Shown: positions 9,801 through 18,837 of the stretch, piece by piece
Layout of the letters: each line of letters begins with the position of its first letter
Position numbering within the stretch: the first letter of the stretch is position 1
DNA from: Bacteroidota bacterium
Lineage (GTDB): Bacteria > Bacteroidota > Bacteroidia > 2-12-FULL-35-15
Length of the DNA stretch: 64,000 nucleotides
Assembly: GCA_021323165.1 (NCBI GenBank)
Contig: JAJTCJ010000026.1
Coordinates: 1,804-65,803, forward strand
Direction: 5' to 3'
Notes under the pieces: generated by a model
Seen by the model: only the letters and a program-made list of their open reading frames with translations
What the model was told of the DNA's origin: nothing
The model's database searches: none
Translations under genes and position numbers: made by a program

Positions 9801-12800
9801 ACAATTACAGATTCTAAAGGTTGTGTTATTACAACAACAGCTGTATCCATTACAGAACCTGCTTTACTTACAGTTACAGCAACACCATCTTCAACTATTT
9901 CCTGCAACAGTACAATTACCATTTCTTCTTCAGCAAGCGGAGGTTCAGGAGCCTATTCTTATTTATGGAGCAATGGAGGAACAACTTCATCAATAACCGT
10001 TAACACGGGAACATATACAGTTCTTGTTACAGATGGCAATGGCTGCAGTGCTACTAACTCTGTAAGTGTTATGGCTTCTAACAGTACGCTGACCGCATCT
10101 ATTCCTGCCCCGGCAAATATTTGTTTCGGAGCTTCCACTACTATTGCAGTCAGCGCTGCCGGAGGATTTGGTAGTTATACTTACTTATGGAGTAATGGCT
10201 CAACAGCAAATTCTATAATTGTTCCTGCAGGAAGTTATTGTGTGCAGGTAACCGATGGTGGCGGATGTATTGCGAACGCCTGCGTGAATGTTGTGCAGAA
10301 CACACCTGTGACAGCAAGCATAGGAACACCTCCAACGGTTTGCCCGGGAGCATCCACCACAATAACAGCATCAGGTTCAGGAGGTCAGGCACCTTATTCA
10401 TTCTTATGGAGTACAGGTCAAACTTCTCCTTCAGTATCAAAACCTGCAGGAACATATACAGTAACTGTTTCTGATGCAACAGGAAGTGCTTGTTCCGCGA
10501 CAGCATCAGTTACAATAAATCAGTCAAGTGATATTACCTTAACTGTGAGCTCCACCAATGTAAGCTGTAATGGCGGCAGTAACGGAACTGCAACAGTTTA
10601 CGCTTCAGGTGGAATGCCTGGATACTCATATGCATGGCTTCCTTCCGGAGGGAACAATACAACCGCTGCGAACTTATTTCCGGGAAATTATTCAGTTACT
10701 GTAACTGATATGATAGGCTGTATTGAAACAGCATCAGCAACAATTACTCAGCCTGCATCAGCAGTTTCAATTAACATGTCCTCAACTTCACCTCAATGTT
10801 TCGGAGATGCTAATGGAACAGCGACTGCAACAGGCGTTGGCGGAACCGGTCCGTATTCATATTACTGGTACAACACCGGCTCATCTTCTTCAACCATTAC
10901 GGGACTTTTACCAGGAGTTTACACTGCTACAGTTGCCGATAATACCGGCTGTTTTACAAATGATACTATTTCTGTTTTACCTGCAGTTCAGATTCAGTTG
11001 ACCGGCTCAACAACACCTGCATCATGTAATACAAATAATGGTTCGGCAACAGTAAATCCGACAGGAGGAACAGGAACTTATACTTATGTGTGGAGTCCGG
11101 CAATTGGAGGAACAAACAGTACAGCATCTAATATCAATGCAGGAACTTATACAGTAACTGTAACAGATGGGAACGGATGTCAGGAAGAATTAGAATTAAC
11201 AGTTCCTCAGGTTCCGGTTAGTATCACTTCCGGATTTACTTCAACAACATCATGTTTTAATACCGTTACTTCATTTACAGATATGTCCACTGCTACCAAT
11301 GATTCAGTTGTAAGCTGGTCATGGAACTTCGGAGAACCGTCTTCAGGTGCAAGTAATTTTTCCACGTTACAAAATCCAACACATACATTTGCATCTTCAG
11401 GAACCTTTAATGTTTCACTAACTGCAACCTCCGGAATTGGCTGCTCCGAAACATATTCAACACCTGTTACTGTTTACCCTCTGCCAATTGCAGGTTACAC
11501 AGCTACTCCAACCTGTGTTAACTCATTCACTTTATTTACGAATACATCCAACATCAGCAGCGGTTCGATCACAGGATGGTCATGGAATTTCGGAGATCCT
11601 TCATCGGGATCAAATAACATTTCTAATCTTGAAGACCCTACACATGTTTTTTCAAATGCAGGAACATATCTTATTATTCTAACCGTAACTTCCGACAACG
11701 GATGTACAAGCACTACAACACAAAACCAGGTGATATCCGGAGCTCCTATTGCTGACTTTACAGCGACAAATGTTTGTCAGAACATGTCAACTGTATTCAC
11801 AGATGCTTCAGGAATTTCAGCAAGCACGATCAATGGATGGTCATGGAATTTCGGTGATACTTCTCCGCTTGATTCAGTTCAGAATCCAACTCATCTTTAT
11901 GGTGCGAGCGGAACATATTCCGTAATTCTTACAGTTAGCTCTACAAGCGGATGCCAGGATTCAGACACAATGAATATTACAGTTCATCCACTACCGGTTG
12001 TTGCATTTTCAGCTCCACCTGTGTGTATTAACAATGCAACGATCTTTACAGATAATACCACTATTTCATCAGGAACACTTACCAGCTGGGCATGGAACTT
12101 TGGAAATTTCACACCTGTTTATTTCGGGCAGAATCCAAATTACATGTATTCAAGTTCGGGACTGTTCAATGTAAGTCTTACCGTAACCTCTTCATTTGGT
12201 TGTGTTGGAAATGTGATCCAGCCGGTGAATGTTTATGCACTTCCGATAGCTAATTTTACAAGTACCAATGCCTGCTTAAATACTGCAACTAATTTTAACG
12301 ATCTGTCCACAGTGCCGGGAAGCACCATCACCGGATGGGTTTGGGGATTCGGTGACGGTTCACCGATAGGAACAATTCAGAATCCTTCTCATGTTTATCT
12401 TACTCCCGGGACCTATAACACATCCTTGGTAGTAACCAGTGCAAACGGGTGCTTAGATACAGTTACTAAACCTACAACAGTTCATCCTTTGCCTCAGGTA
12501 TTATTTAATGTAAACGATTCAAGCGGCTGTGCAACTTATTGTACTCAATTCAATGATTCAAGCATTGCTCAAAGCGGAACAATCACAAACTGGGTATGGG
12601 ATTTTGGTGACCAGTCCTTTCAGTCAACAGATCAGAATCCTCAGCATTGTTATCTGCAATCAGGATTTTATACAATAACTCTTACAACAACAACTTCAAA
12701 CGGATGTTCTTCCACCGATTCTGTGGTCGATCTGATAAATGTATTTCCTGTACCTGAGGCTGAATTTACATTTACTCCTCAGCCTGCAAGCACGCTGTAT

Positions 12801-13286
12801 TCAGAGGTCAGCTTTACAGACCAATCGATTGGAGCGACAGAATGGATGTGGAACTTCGGGGATGCACAGGATACAAATCCGAGTTATCTTCAAAACCCTG
12901 AGCACAATTATCCGAATGCAGGAAATTACTGTATAACACTTACAGTTCAGAATATATATAATTGTGTTGATTCAATTGTTCATTGCATGGAAGTTGAACC
13001 TGAATTTTCTTTCTTTATTCCTAATGCCTTTACTCCCGGTGTAAGTAACGGAAGCAATGATGGTTTCAAAGGTTATGGAACAAACATTTCTCAGTATGAT
13101 ATGTGGATCTTCGACAGATGGGGCAATATGATTTTTCACACAAGTGATCTGTCAGAAAAATGGGATGGACATGCAAACAATGGAAAAGATATCGCTCAAC
13201 AGGATGTATACGTTTATCTTGTAGAATTACTCGACTTCAGAGGGAATATTCATAAGTACAGGGGAACTGTAACTATCGTGAGGTAG
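6807..13286 (+). CDS. SprB-like giant cell-surface adhesin: ~20 SprB repeats, 7 PKD domains, T9SS type-B (gliding-motility-associated) C-terminal domain
   Basis: Periodic 'C(N/Y)GG.NGSATV...GG..PYSYLW(S/N)NG' SprB-repeat units run through most of the protein. Seven PKD-like 'W(S/A/V)WNFGD' units follow. The C-terminus 'FFIPNAFTPG...NDGF...WIFDRWGNMIFHT...WDG...YVYLVE' is a type-B CTD. Confidence 0.85.
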   Translation: MRFQRKVFPKYLKIIACIVLLFSSTGIFAQSGNCDPSTPFFSVDLTGQPNGVWTSPAVPRVGNCCGTTAPDKCVEISITLDPTAVAINFQITSGAVPPGALFYQIGCGPPVAVGTPICLNGPGPYSLTFCKPGNNINQYSITSIAGPTVSPDDTIGNGCSTTMYASGLLVNSSISWTSVGPGAQGAYNSYLSCTTGCDSTTVTGTPTAPAYVDYMVCGTPVAGACISSGLFCDTIRIHFSPPILNPVNPNPAIYCGNAGGILLTGSVAGGIAPYTYAWTNGTNGAGAVVGSGLTYTATTSGTYSFIVYDANYPACPPQITNVPVTVSPPPVINAGPDQLVCGSSVVLNGTVTGATGGVWSGGNGTYSPSSTAGNATYTPTSAELLAGTVILTYTSTGNGACSAVSDQVVINISPPINVTITAPAILCYGSTATLTANVTGGIAPYSYLWSNGQTTQTLSNMLPGTYSVTVTGANGSACTATASVTIAANPQIIVNTSPNNSISCSTTAIVSATASGGTGTLNYLWSNGAATSSTIVYTGTYVITVTDAVGCSANNSVTVIASNSTLTAIVNQPPVLCNGATTTLTVSANGGFGSYTYSWNTGSTGGSIVTGAGNFCATVTDGGGCTTSACVTVTQNSPLLLNVPTPAAICNGATGTLTAFVSGGQAPYNYLWSNGQSTQSITALAGNYTVTVTDAIGCNTSTSVTISQATPLNLSPTATQVLCFGGNTGTASANVSGGTPGYFYSWAPYGGSSATASNLMTGTYTVTVTDAIGCSQTSAIPVTQPAALNATITVNNNVSCYNGNNGSATVFPTGGTSPYFYSWSPIGGSAQTATNLTQGNYQITVTDVNNCVQNVSTSITQPSQLMGSIVSTTNVSCNSGSNGSITVSASGGTVGYTYVWTPSGGTAATASNLIAGSYTVTITDSKGCTTQVTAAITQPPALSASINTSTNVSCNGGNNGSATVTATGGTTPYSYLWNTNPAQTGVTATGLSAGNYSATITDSKGCVITTTAVSITEPALLTVTATPSSTISCNSTITISSSASGGSGAYSYLWSNGGTTSSITVNTGTYTVLVTDGNGCSATNSVSVMASNSTLTASIPAPANICFGASTTIAVSAAGGFGSYTYLWSNGSTANSIIVPAGSYCVQVTDGGGCIANACVNVVQNTPVTASIGTPPTVCPGASTTITASGSGGQAPYSFLWSTGQTSPSVSKPAGTYTVTVSDATGSACSATASVTINQSSDITLTVSSTNVSCNGGSNGTATVYASGGMPGYSYAWLPSGGNNTTAANLFPGNYSVTVTDMIGCIETASATITQPASAVSINMSSTSPQCFGDANGTATATGVGGTGPYSYYWYNTGSSSSTITGLLPGVYTATVADNTGCFTNDTISVLPAVQIQLTGSTTPASCNTNNGSATVNPTGGTGTYTYVWSPAIGGTNSTASNINAGTYTVTVTDGNGCQEELELTVPQVPVSITSGFTSTTSCFNTVTSFTDMSTATNDSVVSWSWNFGEPSSGASNFSTLQNPTHTFASSGTFNVSLTATSGIGCSETYSTPVTVYPLPIAGYTATPTCVNSFTLFTNTSNISSGSITGWSWNFGDPSSGSNNISNLEDPTHVFSNAGTYLIILTVTSDNGCTSTTTQNQVISGAPIADFTATNVCQNMSTVFTDASGISASTINGWSWNFGDTSPLDSVQNPTHLYGASGTYSVILTVSSTSGCQDSDTMNITVHPLPVVAFSAPPVCINNATIFTDNTTISSGTLTSWAWNFGNFTPVYFGQNPNYMYSSSGLFNVSLTVTSSFGCVGNVIQPVNVYALPIANFTSTNACLNTATNFNDLSTVPGSTITGWVWGFGDGSPIGTIQNPSHVYLTPGTYNTSLVVTSANGCLDTVTKPTTVHPLPQVLFNVNDSSGCATYCTQFNDSSIAQSGTITNWVWDFGDQSFQSTDQNPQHCYLQSGFYTITLTTTTSNGCSSTDSVVDLINVFPVPEAEFTFTPQPASTLYSEVSFTDQSIGATEWMWNFGDAQDTNPSYLQNPEHNYPNAGNYCITLTVQNIYNCVDSIVHCMEVEPEFSFFIPNAFTPGVSNGSNDGFKGYGTNISQYDMWIFDRWGNMIFHTSDLSEKWDGHANNGKDIAQQDVYVYLVELLDFRGNIHKYRGTVTIVR

Positions 13287-13313
13287 ATTCACTCGACATT
13301 AAAGTATGAGCAA

Positions 13314-15722
13314 TCATTTTATTCGGTTCATTTCATCCTGCGCACTCTTTTTTCTTTCCTCCCGCTCATATTGAGAACGACCCAACTTCCAGGACAAAGA
13401 GAGCCGAATTCTCCGCGAATCACTGAAGAAAGTTCCCTTATAATTCACCCCCTCGAAATCCATTTTATTTGTTAATCTGTCACTCCAGAGAATGTCATCA
13501 CAACTCAGACGTACATTCCCTTTTCCTTTTGCAAAGCCTTTCCGGATACCGGCACTCAAATTATAAATTGGGTCATTGACCACAAATCCGCCCACATTTA
13601 CACTTCGATAAAACACTGCAACTTCAATCCCCCAGTTATTACGGAAACTTAATGTATTCAGCATATGAATAATACAGGTAAGTCCATATCTGCTGTAAAA
13701 ACCTTGTTCTGTAGGTCCGTAATAATGATCATAAAAGCTGTTTACAGAAGTATTGACACTCCACCATTTGGTTGGCTGAAGATTTAAAGAAAAAAGTATA
13801 TTGTAACTATCGTACTTGCTGACATTTTCATTTGATGTGTATGTGATCTGAGTCGAATCGTCCTGATGAATGACAGCTGAAATTACATCTTCCATGTGCA
13901 GAAAGCCCACGCTGGTTGTTAGCGTATTTTTGAACACATGCTCTATCAAAAAATTATTGCTTATCTGTGGCCGCAGATAAGGATTGCCTGTTCCATAACT
14001 ATAAGGATTTCTATAAAACTGAAAAGGATTAAGATTTCCATAATCAGGCCTATCGATTCTCCGGCTATATGAAACATTTATAGTATTACTTGAATCGGCT
14101 CTCCAGTTAACAAAACAAGAGGGAAATAAACTTAAATAGCTGCGATGGACAACTGAATCGCTGGTCTGTTGAATTCCTTTAGAGTCAGTATTTTCTGCAC
14201 GTAAACCAGCCTGAATATCTATCTTCTTATAAGATTTTGAAAAATTTACATAAGCCGCATAAATATACTCTGAGTAAATAAAATGGTTCGTTTTGCTACT
14301 GTCAGGAACCTCTATTCCATTAATCACGTTCCAATATTCAGCATTATTATCAGTCTGTACTGAGCTTGCCTTAATTCCTACTTCGATCTTAGCATCCTTG
14401 AGAAACGTTTGTTCATAGTCAATATTACCTGCTATGATGTTAATTTTGGTTGGCAGTTTATAAAATAAGGTCCTTGGAGATTGAGCAGCAACATTCCTGT
14501 CATTATAGAAATTAGTAATATCGATTTCAGTTGAACTCGTTTCATAACCGGCATAAATCCCATTCACGAAGAGCTCCTTACCTTTCCCAATCTTATTTTT
14601 ATAATTAAGATTCACATTCCAGTCCAGATTGTTAAAATTTTTCTTTCCAGAAGTATACAAAGAAGAATTGAGAGTATTATCTGCGTTATAAATGGAGGTC
14701 GCATCTGTCAGCCTGGAAACTCCTTCAAACCTCGACATTTCAGCCATCACTCCTAAAGTTTGTTTTTCATCAATGAAATAATCCATCCCTCCCCGTAAAC
14801 TTGTTCCTTCACCGGAAAATACATTCCATGTTGTATCCTTAAACACGCTGTATATTATTTCATTTCTCGCAAAAACACTCTGCTGATAAGATGCATCGTA
14901 CCTTTTAAATTTCCACTGGTATCCGGTAAAAAAGAAATTCAATTTTCTTGTGCGGTAATTTAATGAGAGACCAACATTGGCTCCATAATAAAAACCAAGA
15001 GCGCCTGTTGTTGATACATTTCCGCTGAGTCCCAGGTTCTTGTCTTTTAACAAAACAATATTAATCACAGCATAACCACTTGCATCATACTTTGCCGATG
15101 GATTTGTGATCACCTCGATCTTATCTATTTGTGAAGCATCAAGAGATTTAAGGTAATTTGCAAGGTCTCCGGACGACATATATAAATTCCTTCCATCAAT
15201 CGTTACCAAGACACCGGGTTTTCCTCTCACTTCAACAGATTCTTTACCATCAACCGTCACACCGGGTAACTTTTTAAGAACTTCTAATCCATTATTACCT
15301 GCCGAAATGATACTGTTCTGAATATTATAAACTGTACGATCAACTTTATGTTCAATAAAAGATTTCTGCGCGATGATCTCTACATCTTTCAACATTTTTG
15401 AATCTTCTTCTAAAACAGAAGAGCCGAGATCAACAGAGAAATTCTTGTCAGTTATTTGAAAGGGAGCAGAAGAGAATTTTTTATAGCCAATGTATCCGGA
15501 TTGAACGAAAACAGAACCTGTATCTTTTATCTCCAGTGAATACTGACCCGTAGTGTCTGTGGTGGAACCAGTGACCAGGGTTGAATCTAAAGTGCGAACC
15601 AGAGTTACATTACAGAAAGGAATGCCAATACCTGTCGAATTCACAATTCGGCCACTGATCTGGGCAGAAGCGTTCATAAATAAAAATGAGTAAACAATGG
15701 TGATCAGGAACTTGCTTGTCAT
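13314..15722 (-). CDS. outer membrane beta-barrel family protein with N-terminal carboxypeptidase-regulatory-like domain (TonB-dependent-receptor-like)
   Basis: A signal peptide leads into 'AQISGRIVNSTGIGIPFCNVTLV', which is CarboxypepD_reg-like. The long body is Gly/Tyr-rich as expected for beta-strands, and the barrel ends 'IRLSLSWKLG'. No clear TonB-box or plug was recognised. Confidence 0.65.
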   Translation of the reverse strand: MTSKFLITIVYSFLFMNASAQISGRIVNSTGIGIPFCNVTLVRTLDSTLVTGSTTDTTGQYSLEIKDTGSVFVQSGYIGYKKFSSAPFQITDKNFSVDLGSSVLEEDSKMLKDVEIIAQKSFIEHKVDRTVYNIQNSIISAGNNGLEVLKKLPGVTVDGKESVEVRGKPGVLVTIDGRNLYMSSGDLANYLKSLDASQIDKIEVITNPSAKYDASGYAVINIVLLKDKNLGLSGNVSTTGALGFYYGANVGLSLNYRTRKLNFFFTGYQWKFKRYDASYQQSVFARNEIIYSVFKDTTWNVFSGEGTSLRGGMDYFIDEKQTLGVMAEMSRFEGVSRLTDATSIYNADNTLNSSLYTSGKKNFNNLDWNVNLNYKNKIGKGKELFVNGIYAGYETSSTEIDITNFYNDRNVAAQSPRTLFYKLPTKINIIAGNIDYEQTFLKDAKIEVGIKASSVQTDNNAEYWNVINGIEVPDSSKTNHFIYSEYIYAAYVNFSKSYKKIDIQAGLRAENTDSKGIQQTSDSVVHRSYLSLFPSCFVNWRADSSNTINVSYSRRIDRPDYGNLNPFQFYRNPYSYGTGNPYLRPQISNNFLIEHVFKNTLTTSVGFLHMEDVISAVIHQDDSTQITYTSNENVSKYDSYNILFSLNLQPTKWWSVNTSVNSFYDHYYGPTEQGFYSRYGLTCIIHMLNTLSFRNNWGIEVAVFYRSVNVGGFVVNDPIYNLSAGIRKGFAKGKGNVRLSCDDILWSDRLTNKMDFEGVNYKGTFFSDSRRIRLSLSWKLGRSQYEREERKKSAQDEMNRIK

Positions 15723-15797
15723 AAAGACCGGTATCTGAGATGAACAAATATATTGTAATAAGAACAGAGAAGCATCCCTTTAACAAACTTTAGCAAG

Positions 15798-16532
15798 CTA
15801 TCTTTTCTTTTTGCGGGGTTTCACTTCCTCTTTCTTCTCATCATAATTAAGCACGCCACCCCAGTAGCCCATTTGTTTTAATACCCAGGATCTTCTTCCT
15901 GAAATATAAGCACTTGGTTTACCTGCATTGAACTTTCTTGGATTCGGAAGAACAGCAGCAATTGTTGCAGCATCGGATGCACTCAGATATTTTGCATCCT
16001 TTTTGAAAAAAATTTGTGAAGCAGCCTGAGCACCATAAACACCATCTCCCATCTCTATTACATTAAGATAAACTTCCATTATCCTCTGCTTGCTCCAGCA
16101 TACTTCAATAAGAAAAGTGAAATACACTTCAAAACCTTTTCTGATCCAGCTTCTGCCAGGCCATAAAAAAACATTCTTAGCTGTTTGCTGACTTATTGTA
16201 CTTGCACCACGGGTCCTTTTATGGCTCTCATTATATTCCATGGCTTTATCGATAGCCTTAAAGTCGAAACCATTGTGCTTAAGGAAATTCTGATCTTCGG
16301 AACATACAACAGCAAGCTGAAGCTTAGGTGAGATATCATTAAGAGAAACCCAATCTTTTCTGAGCTTCATATCTTTCCCATCTGCCTTCTGTTCTATGCA
16401 GCGAATCAGCATTAAAGGAGTAACAGGGATCGGAACCCAACGCAGCACTATCACCGATACAATACTTATGATCAGGAAATAAACTGCTGCTTTCCAGAGA
16501 AATCTCCAAACCTTTAAAAAAAAATCTTTCAC
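15798..16532 (-). CDS. mtgA: monofunctional biosynthetic peptidoglycan transglycosylase (GT51)
   Basis: The GT51 core is 'TRGASTISQQTAKNVFLWPGRSWIRKGFEVYFTFLIE...'. The longest ORF (to 16598) would overlap PorP/SprF by 56 nt. A GTG at 16532 gives an N-terminus 'MKDFFLKVWRFLWKAAVYFLII' that looks like known MtgA N-termini, so that start is proposed. Confidence 0.7.
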   Translation of the reverse strand: MKDFFLKVWRFLWKAAVYFLIISIVSVIVLRWVPIPVTPLMLIRCIEQKADGKDMKLRKDWVSLNDISPKLQLAVVCSEDQNFLKHNGFDFKAIDKAMEYNESHKRTRGASTISQQTAKNVFLWPGRSWIRKGFEVYFTFLIEVCWSKQRIMEVYLNVIEMGDGVYGAQAASQIFFKKDAKYLSASDAATIAAVLPNPRKFNAGKPSAYISGRRSWVLKQMGYWGGVLNYDEKKEEVKPRKKKR

Positions 16533-16542
16533 ATTATATTTA

Positions 16543-17496
16543 TTATAATTCAAACCGTGGGCAATCAACCATTCCACCTGGACGATCATAAGTTTCATTA
16601 CTCATAACCGGACTCATGCCCATCATAATTTCTGTAGAGTTTGCATTTCCAACCCTGAATTTTGAAATTGTATAATCATAAGAAAAACCTACTACTACAT
16701 TAGAAAATACACGCACCTGGATCATACCAACAACCGCATCATGCATTCTGTAAGAAACACCTAAGCCAACTCTCTTCCTGTAATAAACCATGCAATTAGC
16801 ACTGCTAACCGGTATACTCACAAAATTAGTCTGAACATGAATGGAAGGGACAATAATAAAATCATATCCACCTGTAACAAATTTCCTGGAAACAGTAAAA
16901 TAAGCATTCGGCAAGATCTTATTGTTTGTTCCGATCTTTTGACTTCCCTGCTGCAGCTTGTTTGAATAAAGGTTTCTTACAGAAATTCCAGCGACTAATT
17001 TCCGGGAATACAAATAGAGTCCGGGAATAAAATCCGGGACTATCACTTTCTGATTCCGATTCAATAATGCGGGGTCATTCGCATCATAAATGCCGTTTGT
17101 AACAGCATATGTCTTTATTCCTCCGGCAACCCCAAAGCCTAAATGATATTTACTGCTTGCTTTTAGATGAATTGCGTATGATGCATAAAGAGATTTATTT
17201 GAGAAGATCCCGAATTTATCCTGTTCGAAATAAGCTCCCAATCCATGCCAGTATCTTTTATAACCCTTTTTACCAAATGCCCTTGTGACACTTGCAAAAT
17301 TTGTTTCGGGTGCATACTCAAATCCACCCCACTGAACCCTGCGTCCCACCATTGCATACCATCCGGTTGAATTACCTGCTATCGCTGGGTTTAATCCATA
17401 GTCATTCATCATGAACTGTGAATACTGACCATTCAGCTGTGCATTTGAGAAAAGGCTGGCTAAAAGAAAAACAGATACAAGACTTATTCTTTTCAT
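16543..17496 (-). CDS. PorP/SprF family T9SS membrane protein (partner of type-B CTD cargo)
   Basis: A signal peptide is followed by 'QYSQFMMNDYGLNPAIAGNS', the hallmark PorP/SprF N-terminal motif. The protein is about 317 aa. It lies directly downstream of a type-B CTD gene. Confidence 0.8.
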   Translation of the reverse strand: MKRISLVSVFLLASLFSNAQLNGQYSQFMMNDYGLNPAIAGNSTGWYAMVGRRVQWGGFEYAPETNFASVTRAFGKKGYKRYWHGLGAYFEQDKFGIFSNKSLYASYAIHLKASSKYHLGFGVAGGIKTYAVTNGIYDANDPALLNRNQKVIVPDFIPGLYLYSRKLVAGISVRNLYSNKLQQGSQKIGTNNKILPNAYFTVSRKFVTGGYDFIIVPSIHVQTNFVSIPVSSANCMVYYRKRVGLGVSYRMHDAVVGMIQVRVFSNVVVGFSYDYTISKFRVGNANSTEIMMGMSPVMSNETYDRPGGMVDCPRFEL

Positions 17497-18063
17497 TTAC
17501 CTGATTATGGAAACGCTTCCTTTTATAATAGATTTATCTTCGTTTTTATCTCTGTAAATAATATAGTAATACGAAGTAGGATCAAGCTCTCTGCGTAACG
17601 CATCGCGTCCATCCCATGGCTCATATTCTCCTTCATGTTCATACACCTTTTGTCCCCAGCGATTAAAAACCAGTACACGATTGTCAGGATACTTTTCAAG
17701 ATGTGTTATTGACCATGTATCATTTATTCCATCTCCGTTAGGTGTGAATACCAGGGCTGTGCTAATCTCACATGGTATTTCATTTATCCTTAAATATATT
17801 AAAGTGTCATTTCCTAAACTATCCGTCACCTGAACAGTGTAATCATCAGAAGCTAATCCGCTAACATTTTTGTTGGTGCTGCCGAAGTTCCATAAATATG
17901 AATAAGGAGGATTTTCCGGAACTACATTAACTTCCGCAGAACCTGTATTTCTTTCATTGCATTCTGAATGACGAACTGATATGGTAAATTGAATTTGCTG
18001 AGCCTTTAGAATATTTCCGGCTATTAAGAGAATTAAAATGCAGATGACTTTTTTCATTTGCAT
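17497..18063 (-). CDS. small secreted protein with one SprB repeat and a T9SS type-B C-terminal domain
   Basis: The SprB-repeat stretch is 'CNERNTGSAEVNVVPENPPYSYLWNFGS...YTVQVTDSLGN'. The type-B CTD is 'LVFTPNGDGINDTWSI...LVFNRWGQKVYEHEG...WDGRD'. It abuts PorP/SprF with 0 nt spacing. Confidence 0.75.
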   Translation of the reverse strand: MQMKKVICILILLIAGNILKAQQIQFTISVRHSECNERNTGSAEVNVVPENPPYSYLWNFGSTNKNVSGLASDDYTVQVTDSLGNDTLIYLRINEIPCEISTALVFTPNGDGINDTWSITHLEKYPDNRVLVFNRWGQKVYEHEGEYEPWDGRDALRRELDPTSYYYIIYRDKNEDKSIIKGSVSIIR

Positions 18064-18764
18064 AATTTTTCAATAAGTTCTTCTGCCATTACACTGCCTT
18101 TTTCCTCTGCAGTTTTTAAGACTTCACAAGCTCCGGATTTGTCGTTATGCTGGTACATGATAGTAGCCATTCCAATATAAGCCTCACGGTACTTGGGATC
18201 AAGTTCAAGAACTTTTCTGTAATCAGCAAGAGAACCTTTGTAATCACCTGCCATATCTTTCCAATATGCCCTGCTGTAATACGCATTCACATAACGGGGA
18301 TCATATTCTATTGCTTTATCAAGATCTGAAATTGCTGATGTAAAATCGTCCAGACGGGCTTTCGCCTGTGCCCGGTTGTAATATGCTTTTACATGAAATG
18401 GTTTAAGTTCAATTATCTTATTGAAATCTTTTATGGCAGAACTGTAATCTTTCAACTGAGCCTTAAGAATTCCTCGGCCATTTAAGGCATCTACATAATC
18501 AGGTGAGATCTTAAGTGCTTTGTCGAGCTGCTTCATCGCAACTTTATATTCACCAAGCTTGTAATTTATACAACCCTGAAGGCAGAGCGCACTGTCGAAA
18601 TCAGGGCGTTCCGTTAAAGCGTTCTCAAGATCATGCATAGCAGCGCCATAATCTTTTTGAGCGTCATTTATAACAGCGCTTTGATAATACTCCGATGCGC
18701 TATTTTGAGCAATAGAAAAAGCAGCAATGCTTATTGTAAAAATAAATAATGCTGCTTTTTTCAT
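18054..18764 (-). CDS. TPR-repeat lipoprotein/secreted protein
   Basis: After a signal peptide there are several 34-aa TPR units, for example 'AYYNRAQAKARLDDFTSAISDLDKAIEYDPRYVNAYYSRAYW'. It overlaps the downstream gene by 10 nt. Confidence 0.7.
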   Translation of the reverse strand: MKKAALFIFTISIAAFSIAQNSASEYYQSAVINDAQKDYGAAMHDLENALTERPDFDSALCLQGCINYKLGEYKVAMKQLDKALKISPDYVDALNGRGILKAQLKDYSSAIKDFNKIIELKPFHVKAYYNRAQAKARLDDFTSAISDLDKAIEYDPRYVNAYYSRAYWKDMAGDYKGSLADYRKVLELDPKYREAYIGMATIMYQHNDKSGACEVLKTAEEKGSVMAEELIEKLCK

Positions 18765-18837
18765 TGTTATATTATTTCACGAAACCTCTTATTTGCTTAT
18801 TTGTCTACTGACGAAGCCAATTGGCTATTGCTTTCTA

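Noticed and set aside
7400-11200. A ~270-300-nt periodicity of near-identical DNA segments, which could superficially suggest a CRISPR or tandem-repeat array
   Set aside because: The periodicity lies entirely inside the long SprB-like ORF. It reflects the protein-level SprB repeats ('CNGG.NGSATV...PY.Y.WSNG'). There are no short direct repeats with unique spacers.
8006-12936. Numerous 60-150-aa ORFs in other frames and strands inside the SprB-like gene (e.g. 8006..8446, 9781..9996, 10213..10506, 11437..11682)
   Set aside because: They are Cys/Tyr-rich, low-complexity translations of the repeat DNA and are fully embedded in a strongly supported 2159-aa gene.
13314-15722. Calling this a bona fide TonB-dependent transporter
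   Set aside because: Only the CarboxypepD_reg-like N-domain and a beta-barrel are apparent. I could not identify a TonB box or plug domain, so the more generic outer-membrane beta-barrel label was kept.
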